From Selaginella moellendorffii (lineage: Eukaryota > Plantae > Lycopodiophyta): a stretch of 64,000 nucleotides of DNA. Each line of letters starts with the position of its first letter. The stretch's first letter is position 1. Shown here one piece after another: positions 39,073 through 51,100 of this stretch. The notes beneath the pieces are model-generated. The model had not been told where the DNA came from. It saw only the letters and a list, made by a program, of their open reading frames with translations, and ran no database searches. The stretch covers positions 494,586 to 558,585 of the forward strand of contig NW_003314320.1 of the NCBI RefSeq assembly GCF_000143415.4. Direction: 5' to 3'. A program made the translations under genes and the position numbers.

Positions 39073-40141
39073 CTAATAATCATGTGGTACATCAGGCAAA
39101 TGTGACAAAATGTTGCGAGACAAGGCCTCCCCGCCGTCAGGAATATAGAAGTAAGCTCCCGGGAGGTATAAATTCGGCGCAGCATCAGAGCCCTGTACCA
39201 GCTTGTTGAAGGACAAATCGGCCACCGAATACTTGAACACATTTCTGTCTCGAGTTATCCAAAAGAGGTCATAGTCATCAGACACCACCTCGGGCAACTC
39301 AGGGCTCAGGATGTTGGCTGCGTCTAGCCGCGTCAGAAGCTCCACCACCTTTCCCTGATCAGCCAGTAGCTCATACAGTCTTGGAGTGTCGAATCCCCTG
39401 CCCTCTCGTAGCTCCTCCTCCTGGTCAAACACCTTAAGAGTATACATGAGGGCCTTGCCTCGCCATTCTACCACCTTTTTCTCTATCCGGAGGCACTCGA
39501 ATTTGCGAACAGATTCACGTCTCATGTTCATCTTGTCCCACACTCCACGCCTCAGATCCAGCTTGTAAATATCATCAAACACGTAGTCATGCCCATGCGT
39601 CAACTTTTCGAAGAGCCTGTAGCAGCCGCCCCTGAGTAAGACGCATTCCTCGATAAGAGCGATCCTCCTCGACGGGCGGCAAACATCTATCCAAGAATCG
39701 TTGGCGAAATCGTACTTTTGCACGGCGCCGGACTTGTCGATGATGAGGATGAGAAGCTGGCCTTGCACACGACCCAGCCAAGCCGATATTGCATCAATCC
39801 GCGGCCTCCACAAGAGCTTCCATCGCTTCACGCTGGGCTCGCCAATCGCCAGCACCCCATCCGATTCTATAAGCACCAATCCCTCGCAAGTTCCCAGCAC
39901 AGCCGAATCAGAGATACCTAGTGGCACCCACTGCTCCTCCCCAGTGTTGGAATCGCGCATCCATAGCTTGGATCCTTCGGTAGGGGCGATGAGAAACCCT
40001 AATCCGCGGCCGTGGGCGAGCTGCCAGCGGCAGCACTGGTTCCACAGCTTGGAGACGCTGCAGCACCGTGCCAGATCCCGCCGACCCAGATACGTGACGA
40101 TCAGAGCTACCAGCTCTTCGCAGCACATCACCATCGCCCAT
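39073..40141 (-). CDS. F-box protein with beta-propeller-like C-terminus; intronless
   Basis: MCCEELVALIVTYL..DLARCCSVSKLWN, CEGLVL, EP..KRWKLL, YDFANDSW; C-terminus appears to continue in another frame to ~38861. Confidence 0.75.
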
Positions 40142-41024
40142 GCCTTCCTCCCCATTCCACAAACCTAAAAATGTGCACGCATACTTTCAAGCATGGATAT
40201 AAATATTTATCGTCCTCGTGGAGAAATTCACTCTCGCAAAGACAACTTTGATTTACAACCAAAAAGTAACCAAGGTAAAAATAATTTTGAATAATATTTA
40301 GTTTGCTTAATAGTAATGTTATTCCTATTTAATAATTTAACTAATCAAATGGAAATTTATAATTATAAACATATTTATAAGCAAGGAGTGTATGCAAGCA
40401 ACCCAAAGATCTAAAGGAAGCTGCTTGATAAGTTTTTCATATGCTTTTCTCATATATAAGTTTCTCATGCTTCATCATCTAGGCATGATTCAGACTTAGA
40501 TCAAATGCCTAATCGCAAGTGGGAGTGCTAATAGTAGATAATGTAGCATGTAGCAGGTAGTCGCCAGTTCTTTCTATACGCAGTACCTAGTGGTTCTAAA
40601 GAGTCTTTCTTGTGTGCTATCTCTCATTTGCGCTCCTGCACAACAACTCTATGCTCTTGTATAAGAACAAACTACATATATATATTTATAATTTATAAAC
40701 TTTTTCAAATCCCTTCTAGCTTATTCTAATCTTATTTATAGTTTATAAACTAATGCTCAATTACTGGACAATAGATTAATATAACTTGTTTCTTAAGATT
40801 TTATGATTTTAAGCTAATGTGTGAGATAAAAACTAAACATTTTGTTTGTCAAAAAAATGATCAAAAACTTTTTTTCGTTGTGTTATTAATATTTTTTATT
40901 AAGTTTTGGCAAATAGTTTCTTAATAAACTAATTGTTATCATAATATATATTATTTAAAATACACAAAAAAGGTTTTGCAAAGAATTAAAAAATAAAACA
41001 AATTTTACCATTAGAGGACACACT

Positions 41025-41185
41025 GGACAAGGCCACTATCCTCAATGCTTGCTCTATCTTTTAGTGAGTTTCGAGTGCATTCTTCAGTGTGGCTACCACT
41101 CACACTTGATCGTTAGCAATTGCATCATGACGATGTATAGCGCCTAGGATGCTGGCCGACTCCTGACAACTTCACGTTCATCGAT
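41025..41185 (+). pseudogene. Collapsed fragment of the 28790 PPR gene
   Basis: Matches 30150-30470 (GAGTGCATTCTTCAGTGTGGCTAC, TGCATCATGACGATGTATAGC, AGGATGCTGGCCGA) with many deletions. Confidence 0.8.
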
Positions 41186-41204
41186 GAACGTTGGAAGTAC
41201 CAAA

Positions 41205-41885
41205 TAGTTGTTTTCTAGAACAGTTTGTGGAACGATTCTTTTTCCCAGTTTGGAAGACCAGTCAGTGTGAATCATCGCTTGGGGCAAAAGTCTCATTGAT
41301 GCATTTTACCAGCTTATCGACACGGATTAGCACACTTCCAGGTGACTTTGTTTTCGATTGGCTCGCTCGTTCGTGACATTCAAATTATCAGGGACCCGGA
41401 TGCTCTTGCTTATGCCATCCAGCATTCTTGCGAGAACAAGGCAGAGGTTGTATCGCTTGACGAGAAGGAAGCTAAATCTTGGGCATATGTTTGGACATGT
41501 AAGTTCTCTCTCCCTAAATTTTCTTTTTCCTTTCCAGTCGATGCTTCTAGGCTATAGAGACAGGAATTGGCTACGGAGGTTGGCTGCACGGAGAAGCCGT
41601 AGCTGCTGGAACCGTAAGTGCCAAAACTTCGATTTTTTGCTTCCTAATGGCTGCGGATCTTTGGGATGGATAGAGACTTCTCTTCGGCCTCGGATCTTAA
41701 ATTTGATAGAGCGTGAAAGATCCAGTTGCACCCCCCAGCACAATGACAGTCGAAAAGTTTCTGGAGCTTCGTTTTCCTAGAGTAGAGCAAGAAACATGGT
41801 TTTCTTCTTTCTTACTGCTAGAGAAGATGGTTGTGGACGGGGATTTGAGACTTATACAACTCAAAGGCGAGCTTGGAAATTGCAT
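41205..41885 (+). pseudogene. Degenerate duplicate of the 3' half of DHQS, introns retained
   Basis: Colinear with 32910-33817 ([45 protein letters not shown]); frameshifts and deletions. Confidence 0.9.
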
Positions 41886-41899
41886 TAAGCTTTTCTAAG

Positions 41900-44629
41900 C
41901 TATGCGTCTTTCACCACTCTCGCGGAGCTCGTTTCGGGGCTACCAACATATGCGTAGTCCCTTTCTTCAAATGGCAGTGGAACAACTTTGATTGCGCGGT
42001 ATTTACCAACGTTGTTAACATGCTCGTTCTCCAAGCTTTGATCACAGAGAAATCAAATAAGTAAACTCAATTAAGTTAATAAAATACTTACCGGAATACG
42101 TTCCACATTCCCCGCCTACAAATCTCAAAGGCTGCCAAGATGAATTCCAAACCGAAGCTTTTAGTCGCACCCAACTCCAGGTGGAATAGCGAGAATAACC
42201 ACAGCAACCTGAGCAGTGTGTTTATAAGCTGTGTGTGCAAAACCACAGTTAAAGCTAAGATCACAACAACGAAAAATTCTTACCATGCAACTGTAGTAGA
42301 GTGACTTGCGCTCAAACATGAGCTTGTCCCGAAGCCACCGGTTCGATGCCTTTTTTTGTAAAAGCCCCCAGTCCATGACAAGGTCCCAGTAGAGCTGATA
42401 AGCAGTAGCACAGAGCGAAGACAGCACAAACATGGATTTCCATGCCGCTGTTCCACTCCACTTGTACGTGATTTTCATAACCATCGCAACAATAGCGCTC
42501 AGGTACTTGCCGGCGTTTGCAAGATGAACGGGATCCCGCAGGTCCACCCATCTTCTCAAGCTCTGAAATCGAGAACTTTGAGAGCGCTCACTTTCTTTTA
42601 AAGAAGGGGAAGATTACCTGCATAAGACGCCACCAGTATGCTATCACCACGAGAGGGTACTGCAGCGCAAACTTGGAGGTGCAAGACTCTCCATTGCTGG
42701 ATTCGTAGTTGTTTCCACCGTAGTAGCAGAGAGTAAACCCGAGGTTCTTTAGAGCAGTGACCTACAAAGAAAGGCAAGCGGTTATGATTTCGATGAGCAG
42801 AGTCGCACACCTGGCTTGTAAGTTGGTCCGCAAGGAAGAAATCCGCAAGCTCAACCTGAAATTCCCCGTCCACTAGTGAGACTGGAATTTATCATTGGAC
42901 AAGTCGAACCTTGAATAGAGGTGCAACCATGATCCGCAAGAGAGAATAGAAAAGACCCGACCTTGCCGGTTTGTAAAAGACATTGAAAGGAAGAACGAGA
43001 ACTCCGATCCACACCTGCTTATGGAGCGAACCAGATTAGCGAAGGCAAAGACGGAATAGTTCTTACCAAAAGAGCTCCGAGCGGAACAAACTCACGAAAC
43101 TTGTCTGACGTAGTGGGGATCGTATACAGAACAAGATAAAAAACCATGGCCGCAATCAAAAGCATTGTGATCAACGTGCTCAGCAGCAGCACGTCTTGGT
43201 ATTTAAGCTGCGACCGAGGTTCAAACTCGAAAATATATGCATAGTTGATCCTGGATTTTCTCCAAATGTAGATGTTGCAAGCATACACATACATGTGTAG
43301 CAAGAACAATACAAGTGTGCTGCCAAGTAGAACAAACGGAGTGTATCAGCATGTAAACGTTGCAAAGCTACCTGAACATTGGGAAGGCAATTTGGACGCT
43401 AGGAAACTTGTGGTTGTGTGGTAGTGTCAGGAGTAGAACGAACGTGACGATAAGACTGAAAGAACAGCCCGTGAATAGCCCTGGAAAACTTTCACAGGTG
43501 AGAAACAATAGCCACTGTATACATGCAGCTTTCCAACCAAGAACGAAGTTTAGATTCGAGGATGGTTGCCTCATCGGTTGCATACAGGCTAAAGCCTTCC
43601 TTCGATTTCCTTTTAGAAAATAGTCTGTAAACATGGACATCACTTGTTCCATCATTCGGAGGATCTGCAACCATGAACACAATTGCGTGAGATACACCAG
43701 TTATACCTTATAATTTCCACACCTTATCAGAAGTTGAGAAATGCGACATATTAACAGCTCGCAGATATGTTTCTGACGCACATTTGCCTGTAACCTGGAA
43801 AAAACAAAGACCAAACACAATTCAGGCACAACGAAGAAGACCTTGGCATAATAACCTTATCGTGTTTTTTCAGAATTTTGCCGAAAGCCATTCTGTTCAG
43901 TGCGCTATAATTCTTGAGATGGCCAAGGCTTCTATAAAACTCGATAAATCCAGCTCGCAAAAGCTTCGCCGCCTGAGCAGGATTTGTTCCCGCAAAGACC
44001 TCACCGCCATCTGAAGGATGTAAAGTCCACGTCAAACCCATAAAAAGCACTTGAAAGACGTAACCTTTGGAGGATCCTTGATTTTCAAAGAGAAGCTCAA
44101 GCTGACTTTGTAGCTGTCGAGCATGAGAGACATACTCGTTCTCTTTATGCTTGTAGAAATAGTTAATGTTGTTGAGTTGAGAGTCCAGCTTCGCGAAAAA
44201 CAGTCTCACATATTCCGCATCGGAGGAAGGTCCACGCAGCTCAGTCTCGTACACAACCTCGTCCTGGACATAAGTCCGAAGGCTTTTCTTGTGTACTACC
44301 TGGAACAAGAATTACAATCTCAGAAACAAAAGAACGAGTAAATAAATTACCATGAAATCGTTGCTTTCTTCGACCCAGCTGTCGGCAACCGACGAGCTTC
44401 CAAATAAACTCCTCAGCCTCGAGCCCTGACTAGGAGAACGCGACGACTCTCCAAACAGGCTCCCTAGCTCTTGAATCCTGTTTACTGTATCAACATCAAT
44501 CTTTACCCTCGTGGCAGCTTGATGATCGTGCTTGACTTTCTTTAGATCTTTCTTGAGCTGCTTGTAGTTGAAATATGAATCGCGCCAATCTGGAACTCGA
44601 TGCCATTCGAGGTGCTTCTGAAACTTCAT
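41900..44629 (-). CDS. PHO1: SPX-EXS phosphate exporter, PHO1 family
   Basis: [108 protein letters not shown]. Confidence 0.93.
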
Positions 44630-45123
44630 TTGCGGCCCTCAGAGATGGGACACTAAAAATGGGAAAGAAGAAACGCGCCTTTACAGTGCCGTGCTTGGTT
44701 TTTATACTCGCTGACCACTAACAAAAATCCAAACTTAGGCGAGGAGCTTATGACGACAGCCTTACCTCAAATTTGGAAGTGGTGGCATCTCCATGCCACA
44801 GCATCCTCTGATTTAGTCAAAAGCAGCAAATAGGAAGAAAAACTCAAACGATAGTCAAACCTTTGTTGTGGTACAGCAGAGTCGTTCTCGGCCATTATCG
44901 ACTAGAATCTCTGGCGGCCGAAGGTGCAGAAACAATCCCGGATCGGAGTGTATATAATTTCATTGTGCGCCAACGTCAGTTGGATAGTGGCGGTTGAAGC
45001 TTCGTACTCGAAATTCCCGATTCTAAGAAGACAAAGTATCGCATTCGCCGTCTTCAGGGTACAACGAATACACATGTCAGCTTTTGAAAAATCAAAAGTG
45101 TAATGGACCTTACTTCGATTGCA

Positions 45124-46383
45124 TCAAGCCATGCACCAGCCATCAACGTCGAAGTCGTCAAGAGGAACCGGCCGGCGTGGCCCATTGTCTTCATCACCCA
45201 ACAGTTCTATGTCCGAATCGTCCGTGTCGTATTCCGCAGCTCCCTTCCTCTGATGGATCTGGTTGAACTTCTCTTCCTTGACACACATGCACATCGCGAA
45301 GAAACGCTCCTTGAAAACCAGCAGCGGGTGTCTCTCCCTCGGGCCCGTGTCGTAACTCTCCCGGAGAAACACCCACGGACGCGAGCCGGCGTGAGAGACG
45401 TAGAAGATAGGCTCGTTGCTGCGAAAGTACTCGAGATGACCCTCGGGCAGCCCCAAGCACTCTCCCAAACCATGGAAAGTGTGGAGCAAAATCCGCTTCT
45501 CGATGGTCAGGCTGAGAATCTCGTGATAAGTTGCCAGCGTCCGCTTCCTCTCGCTGGCCGAGCCGGGCACCACGTCTACAGCGTCGTCGTAAGGTGATGG
45601 AAACGGTGCTTCCTGGAGAGCATCGAAGTAGGCCTTGATCTCCTCCCGATCGACTTTGCCACCGTCAACTTCCACTGGCACTGGAAACTCGTAAGGATTT
45701 TTTATCCCAGCCTCGGCGATCCACCTCTCTCGAGCAGTGACCGCGAGCTCTGGATACCACTGCGAGAGCTCCAGGCAGCGAGCTCTCTTCGTCTCCACGG
45801 GGCGGAAGTACGTTGGATTGCTGTAGAAGATCTTGGTCTCGTAGTCGGCTGGAAATCCAAAGTACTTCGCCATCTTCGCCAGCTCCAGCACTGGAATCCT
45901 CCTGTTCTTCGCCAGCATGAGCAGCTTTGTCACGGATTCCACCGCCTCGGACCTCTGCTTCCTCTCCTTGAACGATTGATGCGCCTTCATCAGCTTCTTG
46001 GCAGCGCCCGTGAAGCGGAGCCACTTCGATCGATCCTCGCCGTGCGCGAACTCAAAAACGTAGGGGAAATTCCTCACGAAGTGCGTGACCCTGAGCTTCC
46101 CCAGGTAATCGCCGCGGTTCTTCTGGATATCCATCGCCAGCGCGGTCCAATCTGGCTGCGACAGCAGCGTGTTCTTCATCCGATCGGCAAATCGGAGTTT
46201 GGCCTCGCGCCTCACGATCCCGTCAAGGTACTGGTTGAATCGCGGCCGGGGCATCAGCACCCCCGGCGGCGCTGGCGCCATGACGGTGACGATCCTGGTG
46301 GCCCTGCTCGTCCAGCGGCGCTGGAGAGAGATCCTCTTGCGCGCATTGGCGTCGGAGTACCTGACAAGAACGCATCCCCGCAT
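45124..46383 (-). CDS. PORR (plant organelle RNA recognition; WTF1/RPD1-like) protein; intronless
   Basis: FVRNFPYVF, KLLMLAKNRRIP, FGFPADY, LELSQWYPELAV, PFPSPY, EKR-like/HEILSLTIEKR, IFYVS..VFLRESY. Confidence 0.88.
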   Translation of the reverse strand: MRGCVLVRYSDANARKRISLQRRWTSRATRIVTVMAPAPPGVLMPRPRFNQYLDGIVRREAKLRFADRMKNTLLSQPDWTALAMDIQKNRGDYLGKLRVTHFVRNFPYVFEFAHGEDRSKWLRFTGAAKKLMKAHQSFKERKQRSEAVESVTKLLMLAKNRRIPVLELAKMAKYFGFPADYETKIFYSNPTYFRPVETKRARCLELSQWYPELAVTARERWIAEAGIKNPYEFPVPVEVDGGKVDREEIKAYFDALQEAPFPSPYDDAVDVVPGSASERKRTLATYHEILSLTIEKRILLHTFHGLGECLGLPEGHLEYFRSNEPIFYVSHAGSRPWVFLRESYDTGPRERHPLLVFKERFFAMCMCVKEEKFNQIHQRKGAAEYDTDDSDIELLGDEDNGPRRPVPLDDFDVDGWCMA

Positions 46384-46479
46384 TGCACATAAACCCTAAA
46401 CCTCGTTCTGAGTGCTTTAAAGAAATATGCTTTTGTATATAAGTTTTTGTTTGCAATTTTTTTTATATTTAATCTAATT

Positions 46480-47195
46480 TTTTATTTGCTGAAGCAAACT
46501 TGTAAGAGTGAATATATTTAAAATATATTTGAATATTTTAAAATATTCTACCATCTAACTGTTATTATTCATTTAGATTAATCTTGTAGTTATAATATTA
46601 GTTTGCTTAAGCATACTTATAGGATGGTAGTAGATATATATCTTGAATATTTTAGATATTTTACCATTTAATAGTTGTTATTCATTTAGATTAGTTTTCT
46701 ATTTATAATTTATAAACATCTTTATAATTTATAAACTTAGTTAAACACTTTCTAGTATATTATTTTTTATTCTACCAGCAAATGGTTAATATGCAATATG
46801 CTTAATCTTGTATTTATAAATTATAAACATGTTTTTAACTATAAACTTTTATTTGATCAATTGGATTAACAAGTAAGAATAACATTACTATTAAGCAAAC
46901 CAAACATTGTTACATGCAACATGTAGCAAATTATTTATAAATATGATTTATAAACTTTCTTAAACACTTTTTAATATATTCTTTTTTTATTCTACCATCT
47001 AATGGTTGATATACAATAAAATAAATCTTTTATTTATAATTTATAAACATTTTTATAATTATAAATTTTTATTTAATCAATTGAATTAATAATTTGCTAC
47101 ATGTTATATATAGCAATGCTTGGTTTACTTAATAGTAGTGTTATTCTTACTTATTAATTAAATTTATTAAATAAAAGTCTATAATTATAAACTAT
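46480..47195. repeat. AT-rich tandem plus inverted repeat (MITE/foldback-like relic)
   Basis: Repeated TTAGATTAATCTTG..TTTATAATTTATAAAC units; imperfect ~100-bp inverted arms 46832-46935 / 47088-47192; related units near 22120, 40300 and 40680. Confidence 0.65.
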
Positions 47196-48097
47196 GAGTG
47201 CATGGAATGTGGAAAGGGAATACAAAAAATATGCATATCAATTAGCCCAAAAACCCTAATTTATATAGAAGAGAAAGTGGTCCAGATTGAAACTAATCCG
47301 ACGGCTATAAAAATCCCACTATGCTAATATTAGTATACGGCATCATAGCTGTACACTTGGACATCACATCATCCCCTCTTCTCAGAATAATAGAAGACCA
47401 TTAGAGTTCTCTTGTAGATAAGTTAAGATCTAGATGAATATTAAGAGGAGGCATTGGTGGATCTATAAGTGATATCAGTTGTTCCTGATTTCTTTGTACA
47501 AAGAATTTCAACTATTGTATATGCATAATTTTTGGAGGATTGACTTGCTAGAGGTCATGTCGAACCTCATAAAACTTGCAGTTCAACTTGCCGTAACATC
47601 TGATATAGTTCTTTCCACTAAACAAAGAGCCCTTTAGATAAACCACGTATAGTAAGATAGGGAAAATGGACTAATACTAACTCTACCACTTTATACTCCA
47701 TAAATAGATGATGATGGGAGTTGTAGTATTGTTGTTGTCCTACTTGTATGTAGCCTAGGTGTTTAGCAAACTAAACTCAGACAAGTGGAAGATTGTTTGT
47801 CAAATACTGATCTTATAATTTAGCATCGGTAACTCGTGGTAATTGCAAAGGTAAACCTAACTTCGTTAGTAATATTGGATCATGATAATATAAGAGTTTA
47901 TATGGTGAAACACCAACAGAACTCTACAACCTTGTGACATGCATACCGAAAAGATAGCAAATAACCATCCCAATCTAAATGCTAAAAGTTCATGTATTTC
48001 ACAATCATTCTTTTGAATATTTGAATGAGCCATTCTACTAAACCGTTTATCTATGGATGATAAGCACTTGTGAAAGTGTAGCATATCCCCAACCTAA

Positions 48098-48147
48098 TGT
48101 AAGCCACAAATTTTTCCTTTCCAATTTGCCAGCTTACCTCGCCTATC
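48098..48147 (-). mobile_element. Terminal 50 bp of the 3' LTR of chromovirus copy 2 (interrupted by copy 1)
   Basis: Reverse complement of the LTR end (...GAGGTAAGCTGGCAAATTGG..GTGGCTTACA); no adjacent PBS, flanked by host DNA. Confidence 0.88.
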
Positions 48148-51100
48148 TGTAAGGAACCAACTCCCCGAGATGTCGTAGGTTAAAGGATCCCCAAAAGCTT
48201 GACCGAAATGACAAAGAGTTCATCGGATGGGACCAAGTCGAGGATCGAGTCCAAGACCGACTCTAGGACCGAGTTCGAGATAGAGTCCGGAATCGAGTCC
48301 GAGACCGACTCGGGGACCGAGTTCGAGTCCGAGTTCGAGACCGAGTTCGAGACGGAGTCCGGATCCGAAATCGGGTCCGAGACCGAGTCCGAGGTCGAGT
48401 CCGAGGTCGGGTCCGAGATCGGGTCCGAGATCGAGTCCGTGATCGAGTCCGAACCCGAATCCGAAGTCGGATCCGAAATCGGGTCCGAGATCGAGCCAGA
48501 GACTAAGTCCAAATACTAATACGGGTCAAGGGGTGAAAGCCCAAAGCGTGCGTCTCCCAAGGGGGGGGGGGCTGCAGGGGGTTCCAAAAGTATAGTAGGG
48601 ATAGTGAGGTCCAGGAACCAGTTTTGAAGGGACTCTCCAGTTGGGCTTCCAAACCGACTTGAGGTTGAGACTGGGACCGAGGGGCCTTGGGTGGGAGTGA
48701 GCATGGACTTGGCTGGTGCCGGAGGGGCCATCCAAGGAAGTGCTCAAGAGCAGCTCCCACTCCCGAAAGGGAAACCGATTGCGGTGCTCCCGGCTCATGT
48801 GGAGTGGTGCCCCACTTGAGTACCATGCGGCTCATTGGTCCTCGCCCTTCCTAGGGGCTTGGGCCTTCCTTCGGGATGGAAGTGGGGGGCGAGAGGTACC
48901 CATACCGGGCCGCTAGGCCACGGTGTTTCGCCCCGGCATCCCGAAGCAAGTGTTGCACTCAAGACTTGGGATTTAGAGGGTCCCATGATCAAGTCTTGTG
49001 GTACCAAGGGATGTTAGGAACCTGGAAGCTTGGTGTGCTTGGCTGCTTGTGCTTGCGGGGAGTGTAGCCGAACCTTAAGTCCAGTCTAACCCGGGGAGGG
49101 GGATTGGGAGTGATTTGGGAATCCGTGGAAGGATGACTAACACCCCGTTGCTCGTGCAGTGAGTAGCTGAAACCAAGTAGGAGCTGGTACCATAGGCGAG
49201 AACCTTGGCGAGGGGACTTAGCAAAAGCCAAGGCAGTGTTGGACGGATAGACGAGGTAAGCTGGCAAATTGGAAAAGAAAAATTTGTGGCTTACAATTTG
49301 GTATCGGAGCTTTTATCTCAGTTCTAGCGAAGGATAGAGGCGGATTGCTGGGAGATGGCAAGGGCAGGGCGTAAGCAAACCCAGGCGGAGACGGAACCTC
49401 CGCCGGAGCTGGAGCCTCCGGTTGAACAAGAGGCTATGGATGAGGAATCCTTGCATGAGGAGGACTCTAGTGAGGAAACTTCCAAACAGGAGTCCGGTGG
49501 CGAGGTTCGGTCGTCCAAGGCTCGATTGGACGTGCTAGAAGGACAGTTGGCACAGACCAATGCCCTGTTGGAGACTCTCGTACGCAAGTTAAAGCGTGAC
49601 GAGAAGCGGAAGAAAAAGCGAAAGACTGCGGATGAAGGCAGCGCAGAAGGTGCGGACCCTTCGGCAGGGACTGAGGCAAAACCAGACAAGGTCGAACAGA
49701 CCGAAGTGGAATCAGTCCCTCAGGCAGTTCCCAAGTACAAACCAAAGCCCCCACCGGTGTTCAAGGGAGTGAACGACTATAAGGTTGTGGAGGATTGGTT
49801 TTACGATATGGAGGACTACTTCCGAGCGTTACGGTTACCGAGCTCGGAGAAGGTCCCATGTGCAAAACCATACTTGGCAGATAATGCCAAGTCTTGGTGG
49901 AGAACAACGGAGGCCAATGAAGGACCGGTGACCACCTGGGACATGATGAAGGTGAGGATCCGCGCGACATACGTTCCTCCGAATGCCACTCTGCATCTGA
50001 GAGATGAGCTGAGTAGGCTGAAGCAGACTGGAACCATCCAGGAATATGTGAATGGGTTCATGGCAAAGAGGATACTTGTCACGGACATGGGGGATATGGA
50101 TGTTTTCCATGCCTTTATATCAGGTTTGCAAACCTGGGCTCGCGGTGAGGTGATGCGCTGGAACCCGACCAACTACAAGGAAGCGTTGGATGCGGCCATC
50201 AAGGTGCATTTCAACGATAACCTGCGAAAGGGGAACACGACGGGGTCGGGATCCACGTTTCACAAAGGGGCCAAACCGAGGGGAACATATAGCAGGGGGA
50301 AATTCAAGAAGAGTTTCTCTAAGAATGAGTCCTCGGGATTCCGGAAAGGCAAATCCGGTGGCCAGCGAGCAAGTACGTGGGGGAGTCAAGCGAAAAGAGA
50401 CAAACCCATGGATAAGAAGGTCAAGTCATATAGCAGCGTGGGAAACAACGTATGCTACAACTGCGGTGAAGCGGGACACTTTTCGAGGGAATGTCCCTAC
50501 CCGAAGAAGGCCAGAGCCAATATGGCCATCAAGTCGGGTGAAGTCCAAAATGAGGTATGTGATCCAGTCCCTAACTCAAAGTTACTCATTACACGAGCAA
50601 CTTTGGTAGAGAGTCGTTCGCGACATCTACTAGCCCTCCGAGGGAAGCTCGGAGGTAGCTTTGTTAAGATCCTTATTGACAGGGGTGCTTCGGATAATTT
50701 TGTGGCTGCAGACATAGTCCGGCAAGCCGGACTAACGGTGCAGCGGCTAGGTGAACCAAGGACTATAGAGTTTGTTCAAGGTAGCCAAAGCACCAATGAG
50801 GTACTTCGACAAGCGAGAGTCGAAGTGGGGACATGGAAAGTGGACATGGATTTCACCGTCTTGGACATGGCGGGATTTGACGTGATCTTCGGAATGGATT
50901 GGTTTAATCGGTTCGTGGTAGCCCTGCATGGACAAGGTAGGAACCTTGTGGTATTGGCGAATGCCCAAGGAAGAAGATCTAGGGTGGAGGCCCAGGATCT
51001 AAAGGTAGGGCAAAGCAAGGCCAAAGAGTCATGCTTAAACCTGGTGTCCACGAGAGGACAACTCACTAAAGGAACTAAGGCAGCCTTTTTGTGCTTACTC

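Noticed and set aside
46391-46400. AAACCCTAA as an interstitial telomere
   Set aside because: Single units near gene starts (also ~4410, 10320, 25381) are ordinary telo-boxes.
48230-48510. CRISPR-like appearance of the repeat array
   Set aside because: No unique spacers; eukaryotic LTR context.
48199-48519. E/S-rich 106-aa ORF and antisense D/S-rich ORFs in the LTRs
   Set aside because: By-product of a stop-free hexamer repeat; frameshifted in the other two LTRs.
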